Part shown: positions 1 to 19,722 of the stretch, piece by piece
How positions within the stretch are numbered: position 1 is the first letter of the stretch
Layout: each line of letters opens with the position of its first letter
NCBI RefSeq assembly: GCF_009914755.1
Contig: NC_060926.1
From: the human T2T-CHM13v2.0 reference genome, Homo sapiens
Length of the DNA stretch: 64,000 nt
Direction: 5' to 3' (one strand)
Notes under the pieces: model-generated
The model's input: only the letters and a program-made list of their open reading frames with translations
Databases searched by the model: none
What the model was told of the DNA's origin: nothing
Program-made: the position numbers and the translations under genes

Positions 1-55
1 GCTGTGTTTCATACAAGTTTTCTGTAGGGCATTTAGAGCCTTAAAAATACCACAT

Positions 56-551
<496 letters not shown>

Positions 552-1503
552 CTAACCAAGATTTAAAAATCAGTGAAAAAAGAAAGAATAGGTATATCTA
601 ATTTTATAAAGCGTATGTATTTTGCATGATGAAAGAGTCCATTGGTCGCCTGAGAGGTTAAGGTTAAGGTTATTTTCTATGACATACAAAAAGTTCTTTA
701 AAGTGAAAGAAAGCGATTCAATAGAAAAATAGGTGGAGGATAGCAATACACAGTTCACCAATATGATGCATCCCGCCCCTGCCATACGCGACTTGTTTCA
801 AGCTGACATCCAGGGCCTGGAGGGTGGGCTGAGACCAGCACTGCCCTGCTCAGGCCCCCACCCTCTTCCCAGTAATCCAGGGGAAAGGTAGCATCACAGT
901 GACCAAAGGCAGTAGCCAGGGGAGGAGAAACATTTGGCAGGAAAGTTTCCACCCTCATGGTGTCTGATGCCGGCATGGAGCCCATCTGCCCACTGCCCTG
1001 CTGGCACAGGGGCCTCCCCAGGACCCTCCCAGATGCTCTGTTGGCAGATGCTGCCCGCTCGTTTAAGCCAAGTGATGCCATTTAAATTACATTGCAGGCC
1101 TGCTCCATGCCACAGCTGTGCTTCCTCAGCCCTCTTGATGGAATGCTTTCCTGTAGGCAGCGCCCTGCACAAGCAGCCTGTGCCAGCTTGGCACCCCTGA
1201 CCCAGGGCTGTCTGGGTGTGAGCTGCAAGGAGCGGGGGGCACAGGTAGGGGCTGCTCGAGGAGAGGCTGTGTGCCTCCCTCCCAGCATGTGTGCCTGGCC
1301 TGGGCCCACTTTCTGCTCCCCTTCAGTCTAGTGATGGCCATTTCATTAGGTTTCAGTTGCATTCCTTTAATTACAGATGAGTCTAACCCTGGCGCCTCTG
1401 TTTTCAACCACTTTGTCCTTTTGTTCCCTCTTGATACTTTCTGCTAGCTTTAGTCCAGTGCATTTTCCCTTTTATTATTAACTTATAGAGATTCTATCAA
1501 TGA

Positions 1504-2793
<1,290 letters not shown>

Positions 2794-4103
2794 TAATTAA
2801 TGTGAATTTTCTATAATATCAGCCAAAAAAATTGTGAAGGGAAATACAGGTATCCTATGTATGTATATGCAAAATACACAGATAGAAAACCCCATAAATA
2901 CAAAATGCAAGTTTGGGTTCCAAAAACCAAAAGAGTCTGCCAGGAAAACGTCAGCCAAGAAGATGTTCTCTAGCAGAATCCCAGCCGTTGGTTCGGGCAA
3001 GGGATCAGCTGCTGAGATTACTGGGAAGGATGTTGAAGAAGGGATGTTTGCACACAGGCCCAAGGATCATGCCACAGAGAACTCGCTAATTGCAAAGGGA
3101 AAGCATGTTCCCAGAGTCATCTGGGGTCACCAGCTGATCTGCATGATAAAACTTAGCATCCCTAATTGTGGGACCACCTGAAGTGCTGTGTCCCCAGTGT
3201 GAGTCATCTGTGCAGTATACCTACCAAAAATGTTTAGTCTGATCTAACCAAGCATTCATACCTAACTTTGAGTTTATGGGAAGTGTAAGAGCTAGAAGAA
3301 CAAGCTAAATGACAGTGAGGGATACTTTACAAGACAGTTCTTCAAGAAGCCAATTTTAGTTTTTAAAAAACAGTGTGAGAAGGACATGGGAGGTGCTCAA
3401 GATTAGAAGAGACTGAAGTGGTCCCTCTGGGGGAAAGGAATGTGCCCGCGCTCCCCAGCCAGGCTCCCTGACAGCCCCAGTGTGCAGAACTTGATAAGAG
3501 AAACATAAGGTCATCTTTTTTCCATGATGAGTGTAACATCTTTGCCCCATCCTGGGATTCAGGAGCCTCTGGAATGTCTATGGAGACAGAGTCTCATACA
3601 AGTGAATGTTTTTAGTTCCATTTTGGAAAAATGCAAAGATAAGAATCTCTGAAAGTTACCAGTATCAAACACATTATTTACACATTATTTACAATGCACC
3701 ATTGGTGGTGAGTAGAATTCCCCGTGTTAGGTTTACTAAGTCCTGGAGAAAACTGCTCTGAGATTGGCAGTGCTATGGAAAATTACAACATCTGCAATTT
3801 ATAAAGATGGTCCGCCCATCTAGACTAATAATGACATTGGAAAATGCTGTGATGTGTGAGACAAGAAGCATCTGGTGTGTGACAAACACAAATACATCAC
3901 ATATCGAGAAAGAAGGAGGTGACACAGCTTGAAGACCTCCCACGCCAGAGCTGAAAGCCTGAGTCAACTGCCAGTGGTGTTTTGAATCATTTTTTAAATA
4001 GACTATGCTACAAGAAAATCTTACTTCTTCCAAACAGTGTGATATTGCTACTTTCATTAAATGAATGTCCTTTTTGTGTGTTTTGTGGTAGAAGTGGTTA
4101 AGG

Positions 4104-4336
4104 CAGTGGTGTTCAGTCTTTGGGCTTCCCTGGGCCACACTGGAAAAAAGAAGAATTGTCTTGGGCTACACATAAAATACTCTAACGATCGCTGGTGAGC
4201 TAAAAAAAAAAAAAAAAAAGTGAAAAAATCGCAAAAAAATCTCAAAATGTTTTTAAGCTTACAGATTTGCGTTGGGCCTCATTCAAAGCCATCCTAGGCC
4301 ATTTACAGCCTGCAGGCCGTGGGTTGGACAAGCTTG
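4104..4336 (+). mobile_element. MER30-like hAT-Charlie DNA transposon (MITE)
   Basis: cagtggtgttcagtc...gggttggacaagcttg resembles the MER30 consensus as I recall it; 8-bp TSD ggttaagg (4096-4103) / gtttaagg (4337-4344), the length typical of hAT elements. Confidence 0.8.
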
Positions 4337-4649
4337 GTTTAAGGCGTGTGTGTGCATCATTTTCGTGACTCTCCACTTTAAGGGGCTCTTTCTGTTAACT
4401 GACCAGTGACCGGCCAATCACAGGCCTGGCAGGTGGATGGCTTCCCCTGTAATTCTAGTGTTGCAGGCTCTGCACTGGCCACACAACCAGCGGGGCGGTG
4501 CGAGTGTAGTAACAGAGTAGCATTTAAGAAGGTACGCTCACGTCCCGTCCACATGGAGGCACTAGTCGGGACAGCAGCAGCAGGGCACCAGCCCTGGTGG
4601 TGCAGCTCCTCCCAGCAGGTGTCAGTCCCTCTTCAAGGGCTAAGCTCTA

Positions 4650-5180
<531 letters not shown>

Positions 5181-6455
5181 CTATTCAGGCAGTGGACAGC
5201 AGGCAGCACGCACCTGCAGGCTCTGAGGAGGGAGTTCCAGCGCGAGCCCCGTGATCACCCCACTCCTTACCTGGGATGTTTCCCAAGCAGAACACAGTAC
5301 TTCTGAGTGGAAGAGGCAGAGATCAACATCTCTGGCAGCTAGAGTGTGCCAGACAGGGCCCCAGAGAGAAGGGGAGCTGTGCAGAGCAGGGGTCCAGAAG
5401 TCCATGCAGGGACCCCCCAGTCGGACCACAGCTGTGGGCAGGGCAGTGGGCAGTGTGGGCCCCAGAGTAGAACGCCCCTGCTTGCCTTCCGTTCCACATG
5501 GACAGTTCCCTTCCTAACTTCCCTGTAAAAGGAGTCGAAGTCTGTCACCCTATAACGAGTGCCCCTGCCTGTGCCCATTGTAGGTTCACAGTCAAGTCCA
5601 GCTGCCTCTTCAGGAGCAGTGCCCGTGCTCTTGCCACCGCGGTTTGCCTGGCAGGCCCTGAGGCCGGGCAGCTCTGAACATGTGATTTCTACACACAGGG
5701 TGTTTGAAAGGGAGGGTCAGACCAACAGGGTTTGAAGCTGGACTGGCTCCCCTTGTTCTGGAGATGGCACCACTGCACTCCAGCCTGGGCGACAGAGCGA
5801 GACTCTGTCTCAAAAAAAAAAAAAATGCAAGAGAACTCTTCCTGCCAAAGGCAGGTCCCTCCAACTGGGCATGGCAGGGCCAAGATGGTAAAATGTAGCC
5901 TGCAACTCAGACCTCTGAATCCCACCTGCTCACGATTTGTGTCCCTGCACTTGGTATTGGGTGAAAGCAGCAGCTGGGACTTCCTTGTGGAGAGAGCCAT
6001 AGAGGTAATTTACAGAAGAGTTGAGAGTTTTAAGTAGAGCGGCCTCTGTCTGCTGTGTCACAGTGATGGCGCAGAGTGCAGCCTTGGGAATGATGGCTGA
6101 GAACTGGTTTGTAGAAAGAGCAGCCCACCCTGCTTTGACACTTGCCTATGGACAAGTGTAGCAGGCAGGTGGCCGGAACTGCTTTGTCCTTCCTCTGCTG
6201 ACCTGAATGTGGACTTGGCCCCGTCATAGTGACTGGCCCAGGGTTGGCTATGGACAGGTAACTTGTACTTGGGATGCAGCTGAAGGTGGCCAGGATGCAC
6301 CAAGAGGCCATGGAAGGTCCCATGAGGTGCCAGGGAAGACCCACACCTGCTCACCATCTTCTGAGTGGGAAGGAGGAGGGTGGCTAGTGGACCCCACCAG
6401 AGTCGAGGGCTGGGCTGTTTGGTTCTAAAGGCTTTTCTGCTGTGTGTGTCCCCAG

Positions 6456-6632
6456 ATGAACGACAATCTCCTTGAGAGCTGGAGCGACCTCGACGAGCTG
6501 AAGGGAGCCAGGAGCCTGGAGACAGTGTACCTGGAGCGGAACCCCTTGCAGAAGGACCCCCAGTACCGGCGGAAGGTCATGCTCGCCCTCCCCTCCGTGC
6601 GGCAGATCGATGCCACGTTCGTCAGGTTCTGA
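6456..6632 (+). CDS. PPP1R7: PPP1R7 (SDS22) last coding exon, LRR cap
   Basis: acceptor tgtccccag|ATG at 6456; MNDNLLESWSDLDELKGARSLETVYLERNPLQKDPQYRRKVMLALPSVRQIDATFVRF-TGA is the SDS22 C-terminus with the LRRcap motif NP..YR...LP.v..iD. Confidence 0.96.
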   Translation: MNDNLLESWSDLDELKGARSLETVYLERNPLQKDPQYRRKVMLALPSVRQIDATFVRF

Positions 6633-6749
6633 GTCCTTCTTGGCTCCTCATGTGGTCCCTCTCCTCGGAAGAACTGCCCAGCCACGGGTTTTTAACCCAC
6701 CTGTTGCTCCTGAGGTCGTCACTATATCAACAGTCACAAACCCAATGGC

Positions 6750-6818
6750 AATAAAGGCACTGACGATAGCTGGCGCGCGCGACGCCACACACCATTTTCA
6801 GATGCCGTTGCAATTAAA
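6750..6818 (+). terminator. PPP1R7: PPP1R7 poly(A) signals
   Basis: AATAAA at 6750-6755 and ATTAAA at 6813-6818, the latter followed by GT-rich gggtgattgttg. Confidence 0.7.
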
Positions 6819-7825
6819 TCTTGCCACACTGTCCTCCTGGGTGATTGTTGACAGTTATTGTAGCCACAGAGAGAACATAAGACACGTTGCGTTCATTCGC
6901 TAGAAATCCCTGTTTCCTTCTCTCAGAAGGCAGTCACAGTCCCTACCTGAGTCGTGTGAAACACAGGGCCTGAGAGTGCTTTACAGGCATTCACGGGCTG
7001 TCCGAGTGGCATTCGGGGGCTGGCCTAGCTGGCCCTAGTCCTGGTGTGCAGGGTTCAGGCAGTCTTGACCTGCAACAACCGAGGTTTTTTAGTCTTTTAA
7101 CCCAGCCATTTTCAATTTTTTAAAAATTAGGTAAGTTAAAAAAGCTGGGTAAAAGCTGACTCAGCCCTGTGTGCTTGTGTTCCTTAGAGCTCTCCTTCAA
7201 AGAGCGCCGGGCAGGGCTGACTGTTTTCACGTGTGCCCGTCAGTTCTCGCCACATCCCTTGCCTGTGGGTGAAAGCTCAGGTGTGGGGAGGGTGTCCTGT
7301 GTCCCACACGGTGCTGTGCTGCTGCCAGAATACGAGTCCCATTGAGCCTCTCCAAAGACGGCCTCCAAGGATCTGAACTCTTGGCCACTGGTATAGTGGC
7401 CTCCTGTTCTCACCCCATTGTTATTTTGGCTTTTTTAATATAAAATGTACATTGACAGACACCCGAAGTCTGGATTTAATGCTACCAGGGCATCGTCACC
7501 TCCCAGGGTCTCAGATTTCTCCTCCTGCAGAATGAGGGCCACATCATGTGGTCACCAAGGTCCCTTCTGCCTCCGGGACTCTAGACTCTAGAACCGTCTA
7601 CTTGAGGAACCAGGACTCTAGAACCGTACTGTCCAATGTGGGCGAGGCTGCAGTGAGCCATGATTGTACCCACTCCAGCCTGGGTGACAGAGGGAGACCC
7701 TGTCTCAAGTTTTAAAAGGCTCCAAATTAATACCCAGCCATCTGTTCTTTAACAGACATTTTTACAAACATACAAAAAATGTGGAAGTGATGAGGAAAGG
7801 TATGCTAAATCCAGCACAATCCTAA

Positions 7826-9625
<1,800 letters not shown>

Positions 9626-10171
9626 CTCCACAAACACAACTGTAAGACAAGATTTTGATGGGTTTATTTACATAAAATTTTACATAGAACAAAAATAATG
9701 AATAATACCTGAATAATGGCAACAGTAGATTAAGAGAAGGCGTTTGCAGCTTTTAAAACTGGCAAGGCTTACCATTTAGAACTCCCACACATCAAATAAA
9801 GGAGACAGGAATCCTGACGGAAACGCAGGCCAAGGGCCAGAGTGGGCAACTCAGACACCAGGGGCCAGTGGCCTGTGTGGAGCCGCCGCTCACAGGAAGC
9901 TGGGCTGCTGGCTGCACCTGCAGACAGGAAGGTTAGAAAGCGGGCAGTGCAGGCATCCAAGAGTCTGTCCCCTGCGACCCAGCCACCGTCCGTCCAGCAG
10001 GGCTCCCATGTGGCCGGGGCGCAGTGCCAGGGTCCTCATGGAGGGAGCCCTGCACGCGCCTCCAGCCTCAGAAGGAGCCTCAGAAAGAGGCTGAACTTCA
10101 GTGTGGGCTCTTCACCACCACTTCCACCTCCACTAACTACACCCTAAGTATGTCCATAAATGTTACAGCCA

Positions 10172-10585
<414 letters not shown>

Positions 10586-11431
10586 TCAGAAGTAACACAA
10601 CTTGAAAAACCACCCACCCAAACAGAGTTGTATGAAGTAAAAATGGAAAGACACTCCTCAGGGCCGAACCCCCTTTAGGTGTTGTGCGTGCACTGTCGCT
10701 GAAAGGGCTCCCACTGGGGTGTGGTCACCTCCAGCAGCCGGCCCTGAAGCTCTTGAGTAGACAGCCCTGAGGCCACCAGAGCCACTTTGTCACCAAGAGC
10801 AGAGAGCCAGGAGCTCCTGGGAGGTGGCATGTCTTCCTGGGAGGGTCCTTGGCCAATGACTGAGCAGAGTAAGAGCCTACAGTTGCATCCAGGTGAGGAA
10901 ACGCTTCGTCTTGCCTCCCCTGCAGAGTGCCCATGGCAGGCTGAGGCCACCCTCCACAGGTCTTGGGGAGATGGTGCCCCGCTCATCCTCCCTCCCCTCC
11001 TGCCTCCCGACTCCTTTCCTGGTTTCTGGAGCACTTCCCCAGTCCAGCCCTCGTCCAGGGATCCACCTCAGGCGCCTGCAGGCTGAGCTTGGCCACAGCA
11101 GAGACCTCTCATGCAGATGCCCTGAGGCCCAGGGCCCCAAGGTCCTGCCGCCCAGGCTCTGCTGGTGCTGACAGGGAACCCGGCCTGCAGGGCCTTCCCG
11201 CTGTTCCGAGGCACAACACAGGTCCAAGAACAGGGCCCCTTGGGAGGTGCCAAGCACAGAGGGGCATAGGTATAAGGGAAAGCTGCAGCCAGGATGAGGG
11301 TCCGCCTGGAGGGATTTCAACAGGCAGAAGGGGGCACCTGGAACAGCAAGCTGAGCTTGGGGCTCCCCAGTGCAGTTGTGCATGGAGGGCGAGGAGCACG
11401 GGTGGTAGGTTCTCAGACACTGCCAGGCACC

Positions 11432-11880
11432 AAGGAGGAAAGGGGGAGGGGGAGGGAGAGGGGAAGAGGAGGGGCGGGGAGAAAGGATAGGAGGAGAAGG
11501 AGGAGGAGAGGGAGAAGTGGGGGGAGGGGGAGAAACAGGAGGAGGGGAGTGGGGAGAAAGGAGGAGAAGGAAGAGGAGAGGGAGAAGGGGGGAGGGGGAG
11601 AAACGATAGGAGGAGGGGGAGTGGGGAGAGAGGAGGAGGAGGAGGAGTTGTGGGGAGAAATGATAGGAGGAGAGGGAGAGGGGAGAACGGATAGGAGGAG
11701 AAGGAGAGGGAGGAGTAGGGGGGAGAAACAATAGGAGGAGAAGGAGGAGAGGGAAGGTGGGGAGAAAGGATAGGAGGAGGGGGAGAAAGGAGGAGGGGGA
11801 GGAGGGCTAGGAGGAGAAAGAGGAGGGCTAGGAGGAGAATGAGGACGAGGAGGAGGGCGGAAAGGATGGGAGGAAGGCTA
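11432..11880. repeat. GA-rich polypurine low-complexity tract
   Basis: about 450 nt of (GGA/GGGGA/GAA)n with very few pyrimidines on the + strand. Confidence 0.9.
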
Positions 11881-12059
11881 GGACCCCTCCTGTCCTTTTG
11901 CAGATGGGGCCCTGAGCATGGGATGTGCCTGAGGTCACCCCTCAGGCATTAGCAGAGCCAGCAGTGTGATCTGGGTCTCCCAATCTCCCCAGCCCCCGGG
12001 TGAAACCCTGGCCCACCACTCAGCACATGCTACGTAACCTCAAGGAGCCTCAGTTTCCC

Positions 12060-12415
12060 CCCACATAAACAGAGCTTACGAGGTCTGCCTGGCAAGGCTT
12101 CCAGCAGAGGTGGCACTTGTGGCTGTTCCTGTGGAATCCCACCTCCTCGAGACCCTCCAAGGCAGCAACTATGACAGCTGATGCCAGCCCTGAAATCTCT
12201 AAGCAAATAAGGTTCCCAGGAGGACGGCAGCATTTGCATGCGGGTGTGTGAAAGCCCAGCCAAGTGGGCTGCCTCTGTCTGCAGCTCTGAGCCCCACACC
12301 CCCTATTTAAACAAAGATAGATCCTGCTCCAGGAGCCGGGAAGCCTTGCCCTGGCCAGCTGTGCTGGGCACCTCCCCTGCCTGCTTCCTGGCCCACTTGC
12401 AGGCAAGGTGAGGGC
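12060..12415 (+). promoter_or_regulatory. ANO7: ANO7 proximal promoter / 5' UTR
   Basis: TATA-like TATTTAAA 12304-12311; forkhead-type ATAAACA 12065-12071, GCAAATA 12203-12209, TAAACA 12308-12313; octamer ATTTGCAT 12232-12239; directly upstream of exon 1. Confidence 0.6.
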
Positions 12416-12570
12416 ATGCGAATGGCTGCCACTGCCTGGGCGGGGCTCCAAGGGCCACCCCTCCCCACCCTCTGTCCCGCAGTGAGGACGGGACTCTACT
12501 GCCGAGACCAGGCTCACGCTGAGAGGTGGGCCATGACCTCCGAGACCTCTTCCGGAAGCCACTGTGCCAG
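12416..12570 (+). CDS. ANO7: ANO7 exon 1 coding part (933-aa isoform)
   Basis: MRMAATAWAG...SGSHCA; donor CAG|gtgggg; phase 2 fits exon 2. A stronger donor at 12407/12408 could bypass this ATG. Confidence 0.7.
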
Positions 12571-13860
12571 GTGGGGACCCAGCCTAGACGTGTGGGCCAC
12601 AGGGAGAAGGTGGAGCGTTGGACTCTAGGGAGGCAGGGCGGCACCCCAGCCCACCGGGACTTTCACACACCCTGGCCTGTGGGGAGGCAGTGCCAGGGCC
12701 CGCCCTGGTCCCCAAAGCCCCTTGGGGCACGAGGAGGGACACACACTCAGTGCGGCTCTGGACGGGGTACACCCAGCTGGGGTTGGCTTCCTGCCTGCCC
12801 AGGGACTCCCCCATGGAGCAGGTCCCTTCGTTGGGATGGGGGGCATCCCCATTCTTTCTGCAGAGAGCTCTGAGGAGGGGCCCGCCTGCCCACCACAGAA
12901 GGATGGGGGCATGAGGGGCTGCTGGGTGGCCTAAACTCCTCGGGGACTTTCCTCCAGGAACACCCCACAGTCCGTAGTGAGGCTCCCAGCCTGGGGCCGG
13001 GGCCGAGTCCTAACACTGAGACCTGGCTCGGGCTTCAGGGTTAGGCAGGTGCAGGCGGCCCAGGCTCAGTCTCTGTCCCTCTGGGCCTCCGCTAATGTGA
13101 AGCGAAGGGTAGAACTAGAAGGCTGCCCCTCCGACCTCCTGCGGCGCCTCCACGGTCACACCCTCCGGTCATCGTCGCAGCTCCAAATGCCAGCCCCAGC
13201 TCGAACCCTCTCCTTCCAGGGCCACAGATGTCGTGCTCCTGGCCCCGTTTTGCCAGCCCAAGACTAGGAGCCACGGCACCTGTCCTCCCACAGAGAGAGA
13301 CCCCCGGGGCGAAGGTGCAGGAGGAAGCTGGGACCCCCAAGAGTTGTGAGGCCGGGCTCCATCAGGCCCGCCTTGCTGGGGAGCTCAGGGCCTATGGGTC
13401 CTGGCACTGGGTCCTCAGGCCATGAGCGAAGGCAGGCGACTTGAGGGGTTTCCTGTCCCTGGCTCACATGGCTCCACCCTACGGATAAGAGAGGGAGAGG
13501 TGTCTGTACTCCAGGCCCACCTTTCTGGGCCTTCTCAGGCTCCACTGAGTACCCAGGCAGAGTGGACGGCATTCAGGGCTGGGGGACACGGGCACTCACT
13601 GGATGGACAGACAGACGCCTGCTGTGCCAGGCCTGCCAGACGCTCCCGCCCCGGCACTGGTTTCTTCCTGGAGCTCGTGGCTGGCTAGGGGGTTCTCCAT
13701 GTGCTCATGGCCAGGAGAGTCTGCCGAGCCAGCCCAGCCCCATTCTACTCCGAGTCGAGTCTGTAAAGTGAGCTCACTGCAGGCAGTGTGGTGGCCCCAG
13801 GAACGGGTCTCACCCATCCCCTCTCTGACCCCCATCCCCACCCGGCCTTGCTGGGTGCAG

Positions 13861-13975
13861 GAGCAGGATGCTGCGGCGACGGGCCCAGGAAGAGGACAGC
13901 ACCGTCCTGATCGATGTGAGCCCCCCTGAGGCAGAGAAGAGGGGCTCTTACGGGAGCACAGCCCACGCCTCGGAG
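13861..13975 (+). CDS. ANO7: ANO7 exon 2 (alternative start ATG at 13868)
   Basis: gtgcag|G AGC AGG ATG; MLRRRAQEED...TAHASE; GAG|gtaac. Confidence 0.93.
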
Positions 13976-14997
13976 GTAACAGCACCCAGGAGACTGTGGT
14001 GCGACTTGAGAGGTCCTCCCCTGCCTGGGTCTATGCCCCCACCCTGGGCCCAGAGCCTCTGGGGGTGGATGGGCATCACCGTGTTTCTCCTGCATCCCCC
14101 GGCAACCCCCAAGCCCTCGCCACCCAGTCCTCAACACACACAGTCAGATCACCGCTCTCCTGGCCTGGCCTGGCTGTGGAGAACCGAGCAGAACCCACTG
14201 ATGTTCAGACAGGAGCTCCAGGAGGGTAAGGGGGGCCTGGCCAGGCAAAGGCAAGACCAGGGCGGGGCCCTCCCTGTGGTGTCAGTCCCAGTCAGTGCAG
14301 GGCCACAGCAGCACCCAGGGCCATCTGTAGGGCTCCACCTTGTCACTAGGAGGCCATGGATGCGCTGTGAGCCTGTGGGGAGAGGCTGGGTCCCGGGCCT
14401 TCAAGGCCATGCGGGAGGCCCTGGCCGTGGAGGGCCCTCTTCCTGGTTCTCCTGGGCCACACGTCTGCCCCAGCAGCCTGCGGGTGGACACGGGACCCCT
14501 TCCTGCCGCCCCAAGCACAGCTGAGATGAGCCTCCAGGGAGGGCACAGGGCCTCTCACCTCAAGCATCCAGACACTCTCGGTCGCCATGGCCAACTCTGT
14601 CCTCAGGGCCCCTTTGGGAGCAGTCCGGCTCCCCTCTGCCCCTGGAGGCCAGCAAGGCAGGCACCCCTGGTCCTGGCCATGCTTCCCGCCAACCTGACCC
14701 TTGCCATGGGCCTGGCCCAAGGAGGAGGGGAGCCGGCTGGAGGCCCAGGGCTGGTGGTGCCCTCTGGCCCTGCCTGCCGCTCCCCGCGCCTGCGCATCCT
14801 GTGCCCCCACACAGCAGAGGGGCTTCCCCCTCCACCCCCTACCCACCCGCCGAACATTCTTCTGTGGTCCTGAGTGTTCTGGGGCAGGGCGGGGACGGGT
14901 TGGAGGCGAGGACGGCTTCAGGGTGGGGCGGGGTGGGTGTAGTTGTCGAGGGCAGATGCTGATGCTGATATGCTTCTCCATCCTCCATGCCTTCCAG

Positions 14998-15055
14998 CCA
15001 GGTGGACAGCAAGCGGCCGCCTGCAGAGCTGGGAGTCCTGCCAAGCCCCGGATCG
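14998..15055 (+). CDS. ANO7: ANO7 exon 3
   Basis: cttccag|PGGQQAAACRAGSPAKPRI G|gtgag. Confidence 0.9.
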
Positions 15056-15564
15056 GTGAGCCCCTCCCAGCACCTGTACCACACCCGTGTTGGTCCTGAG
15101 GGTGGGGACACCACGGGGGTGCCCCCAGGGGCAGCAGGCTGGGGTAGCCTCCTCAGTAGCCACTCTGGGGCCAGTTGCTTGGGGATGGGGCACTGGGGTG
15201 AGGGCCTCGGGGTGAGCAAACCACAGTGGGAAGAACAGCAGGAAAGGGGGCTCCCTACTGATGGGGTGGGGCCGGAAGGGCTCTGGAGAGTGGACAGGGC
15301 TGCCCCCTCCCTCCTGCTCCAGTCCCCACCACCATCCTCCAGCTGTTCAGCCACAACTCAGGTCATTTCTGACTCTTATCTCTTGCACTCCACCCCTTTT
15401 GTACCTTCAAAATCTCTTTGATCCACCCCCAACCCACTGCCTCTGTCTGCCCGGAGCTACCACCGACTCCAGGGGATTGCACCAGCACCAGCCGGGCTCC
15501 CAGCACCCACCCCGCCCACCCTGCTGTCCCCTCAGCACCAGAGAGACCCTAACCTCCTCCCACT

Positions 15565-18422
<2,858 letters not shown>

Positions 18423-18423
18423 A

Positions 18424-18702
18424 CAATAAGATATTGTAAAAGAGGGAGACAGAATGCCCACATTCACATAACTTTTACTGCAGCATTTTGTTATAATTAT
18501 TCTGTTTTATTATTAGTTATTGTTCATCTCTTACTTTACCTAATTCATAAATTAACCTTCACCATAGGAATGTATATCATAGGTATGTACGTATTATAGG
18601 TATGTATAGGGAAAGACAGTATATATAGGTTTGTTACTCTGCACAGTTTCAGGCATCCACCGGGTTCTTGGATAGATCCCCCGCAGTTAAGGGGACTCCG
18701 TT
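18424..18702 (+). mobile_element. TcMar-Tigger DNA transposon fragment (MER44/Tigger7-like)
   Basis: cacattcacataacttttac...tttcaggcatccac...cccccgcagttaagggga resembles the recalled Tigger-family terminus. Confidence 0.65.
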
Positions 18703-19507
18703 GTCCTTACTCCTCGGGTGTGGCCTGCGAGTCTCTGCTGGATGACCAGCGTGTTCCAGCTGGAGCTCAGATTCCCCAGCACTGTGTATCCTCTGGAATC
18801 TTTGTCAGCCATGGGCCTCCAGCAGCTGCCTCTGTGTATGAATAGCTTGGTGCTCCAAGGGCCTGGGGGACTTTCTCACAGACCCGGTGGCTCCGTCTTC
18901 TTCCCAAGCTCCAGCCCCCTTAGCAGCACCTAATTCAAATGCCCATTCGCCTCACCCACCAATGCCTCTGCTTGGGCTCTATTGCCCTCCCTGTCGTTTG
19001 GGAAATGCCCCAGGAGGAAGTGAAGGGAAGGGAAGGCTCACCTCGCACGCTCCTCTTATCTGGAGCGCCTGAGCCCAGCATCCATTGCTGTCTCATGCCA
19101 GAAAATCAGGGGCTTCGGAAACTTTCTTCAGCTTTGATGATTCTCTATGGCAGGACGGGAAGTCTGACAGTGACTTGCACCTGAGGTCCTTAAAGACCCC
19201 TGTAGGAGTCTGGGACTTACCCTGCAGGGATGAGCACCATAGCAGGGATCTCAGAGGGCCATACCCAGCCCCTCTCCAGGCCTCCGTTCCCCACCCAGGC
19301 CAATGCAGGGCTGTCCTGGAACCTGGAAGTGCTCCTGGAGTCCTCCTAGCCCTGGCTGGGACCAGAGAGGGGATCGGGAAGGAACCGGCCCTGAGTGTCC
19401 AAGTGCCTGGCTCCCCACTGCGTCCCGGCTGGGATGCTGGCATCCCTTCCCTGGGCCGGCCACTGCCACTTAGCCAGGCTCCTGCCTCTGTCCCTGTTGG
19501 CTCCCAG

Positions 19508-19650
19508 CAGACTTCGTCCTCGTTTGGGAGGAGGACCTGAAGCTAGACAGGCAGCAGGACAGTGCCGCCCGGGACAGAACAGACATGCACAGGACCTGGC
19601 GGGAGACTTTTCTGGATAATCTTCGTGCGGCTGGGCTGTGTGTAGACCAG
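19508..19650 (+). CDS. ANO7: ANO7 exon 4
   Basis: cccag|CA GAC; DFVLVWEEDLKL...LRAAGLCVDQ; CAG|gtacgt. Confidence 0.94.
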
Positions 19651-19722
19651 GTACGTGGAGGCTGTCATGGGCAGGGCCCTAGGCCCTGCATCCACTCAGT
19701 GACCCATGACCTTGCCGCATGA
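19651..19722 (+). CDS. ANO7: Intron-4 read-through C-terminus of the short ANO7 isoform (NGEP-S)
   Basis: in-frame VRGGCHGQGPRPCIHSVTHDLAA-TGA after exon 4; ATTAAA at 19950-19955 followed by a GT-rich tract. Confidence 0.7.
   Translation, partial: VRGGCHGQGPRPCIHSVTHDLAA

Noticed and set aside
2834-3181. 115-aa Lys-rich ORF in the PPP1R7 intron
   Set aside because: GTG start, no LRR pattern, no clear splice sites and no recognisable family
10877-11734. Pro/Ser-rich 284-aa and Arg/Gly/Glu-rich 146-aa ORFs
   Set aside because: Artefacts of the GA-rich low-complexity tract
11000-12415. Search for a full androgen response element near the ANO7 promoter
   Set aside because: Only isolated AGAACA/GGAACA half-sites seen; no convincing AGAACAnnnTGTTCT palindrome by eye
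13868-14524. 218-aa ORF starting at the ANO7 exon-2 ATG
   Set aside because: Only the first 36 codons are exon 2; the rest is GC-rich intron with no recognisable domain or nearby poly(A) signal
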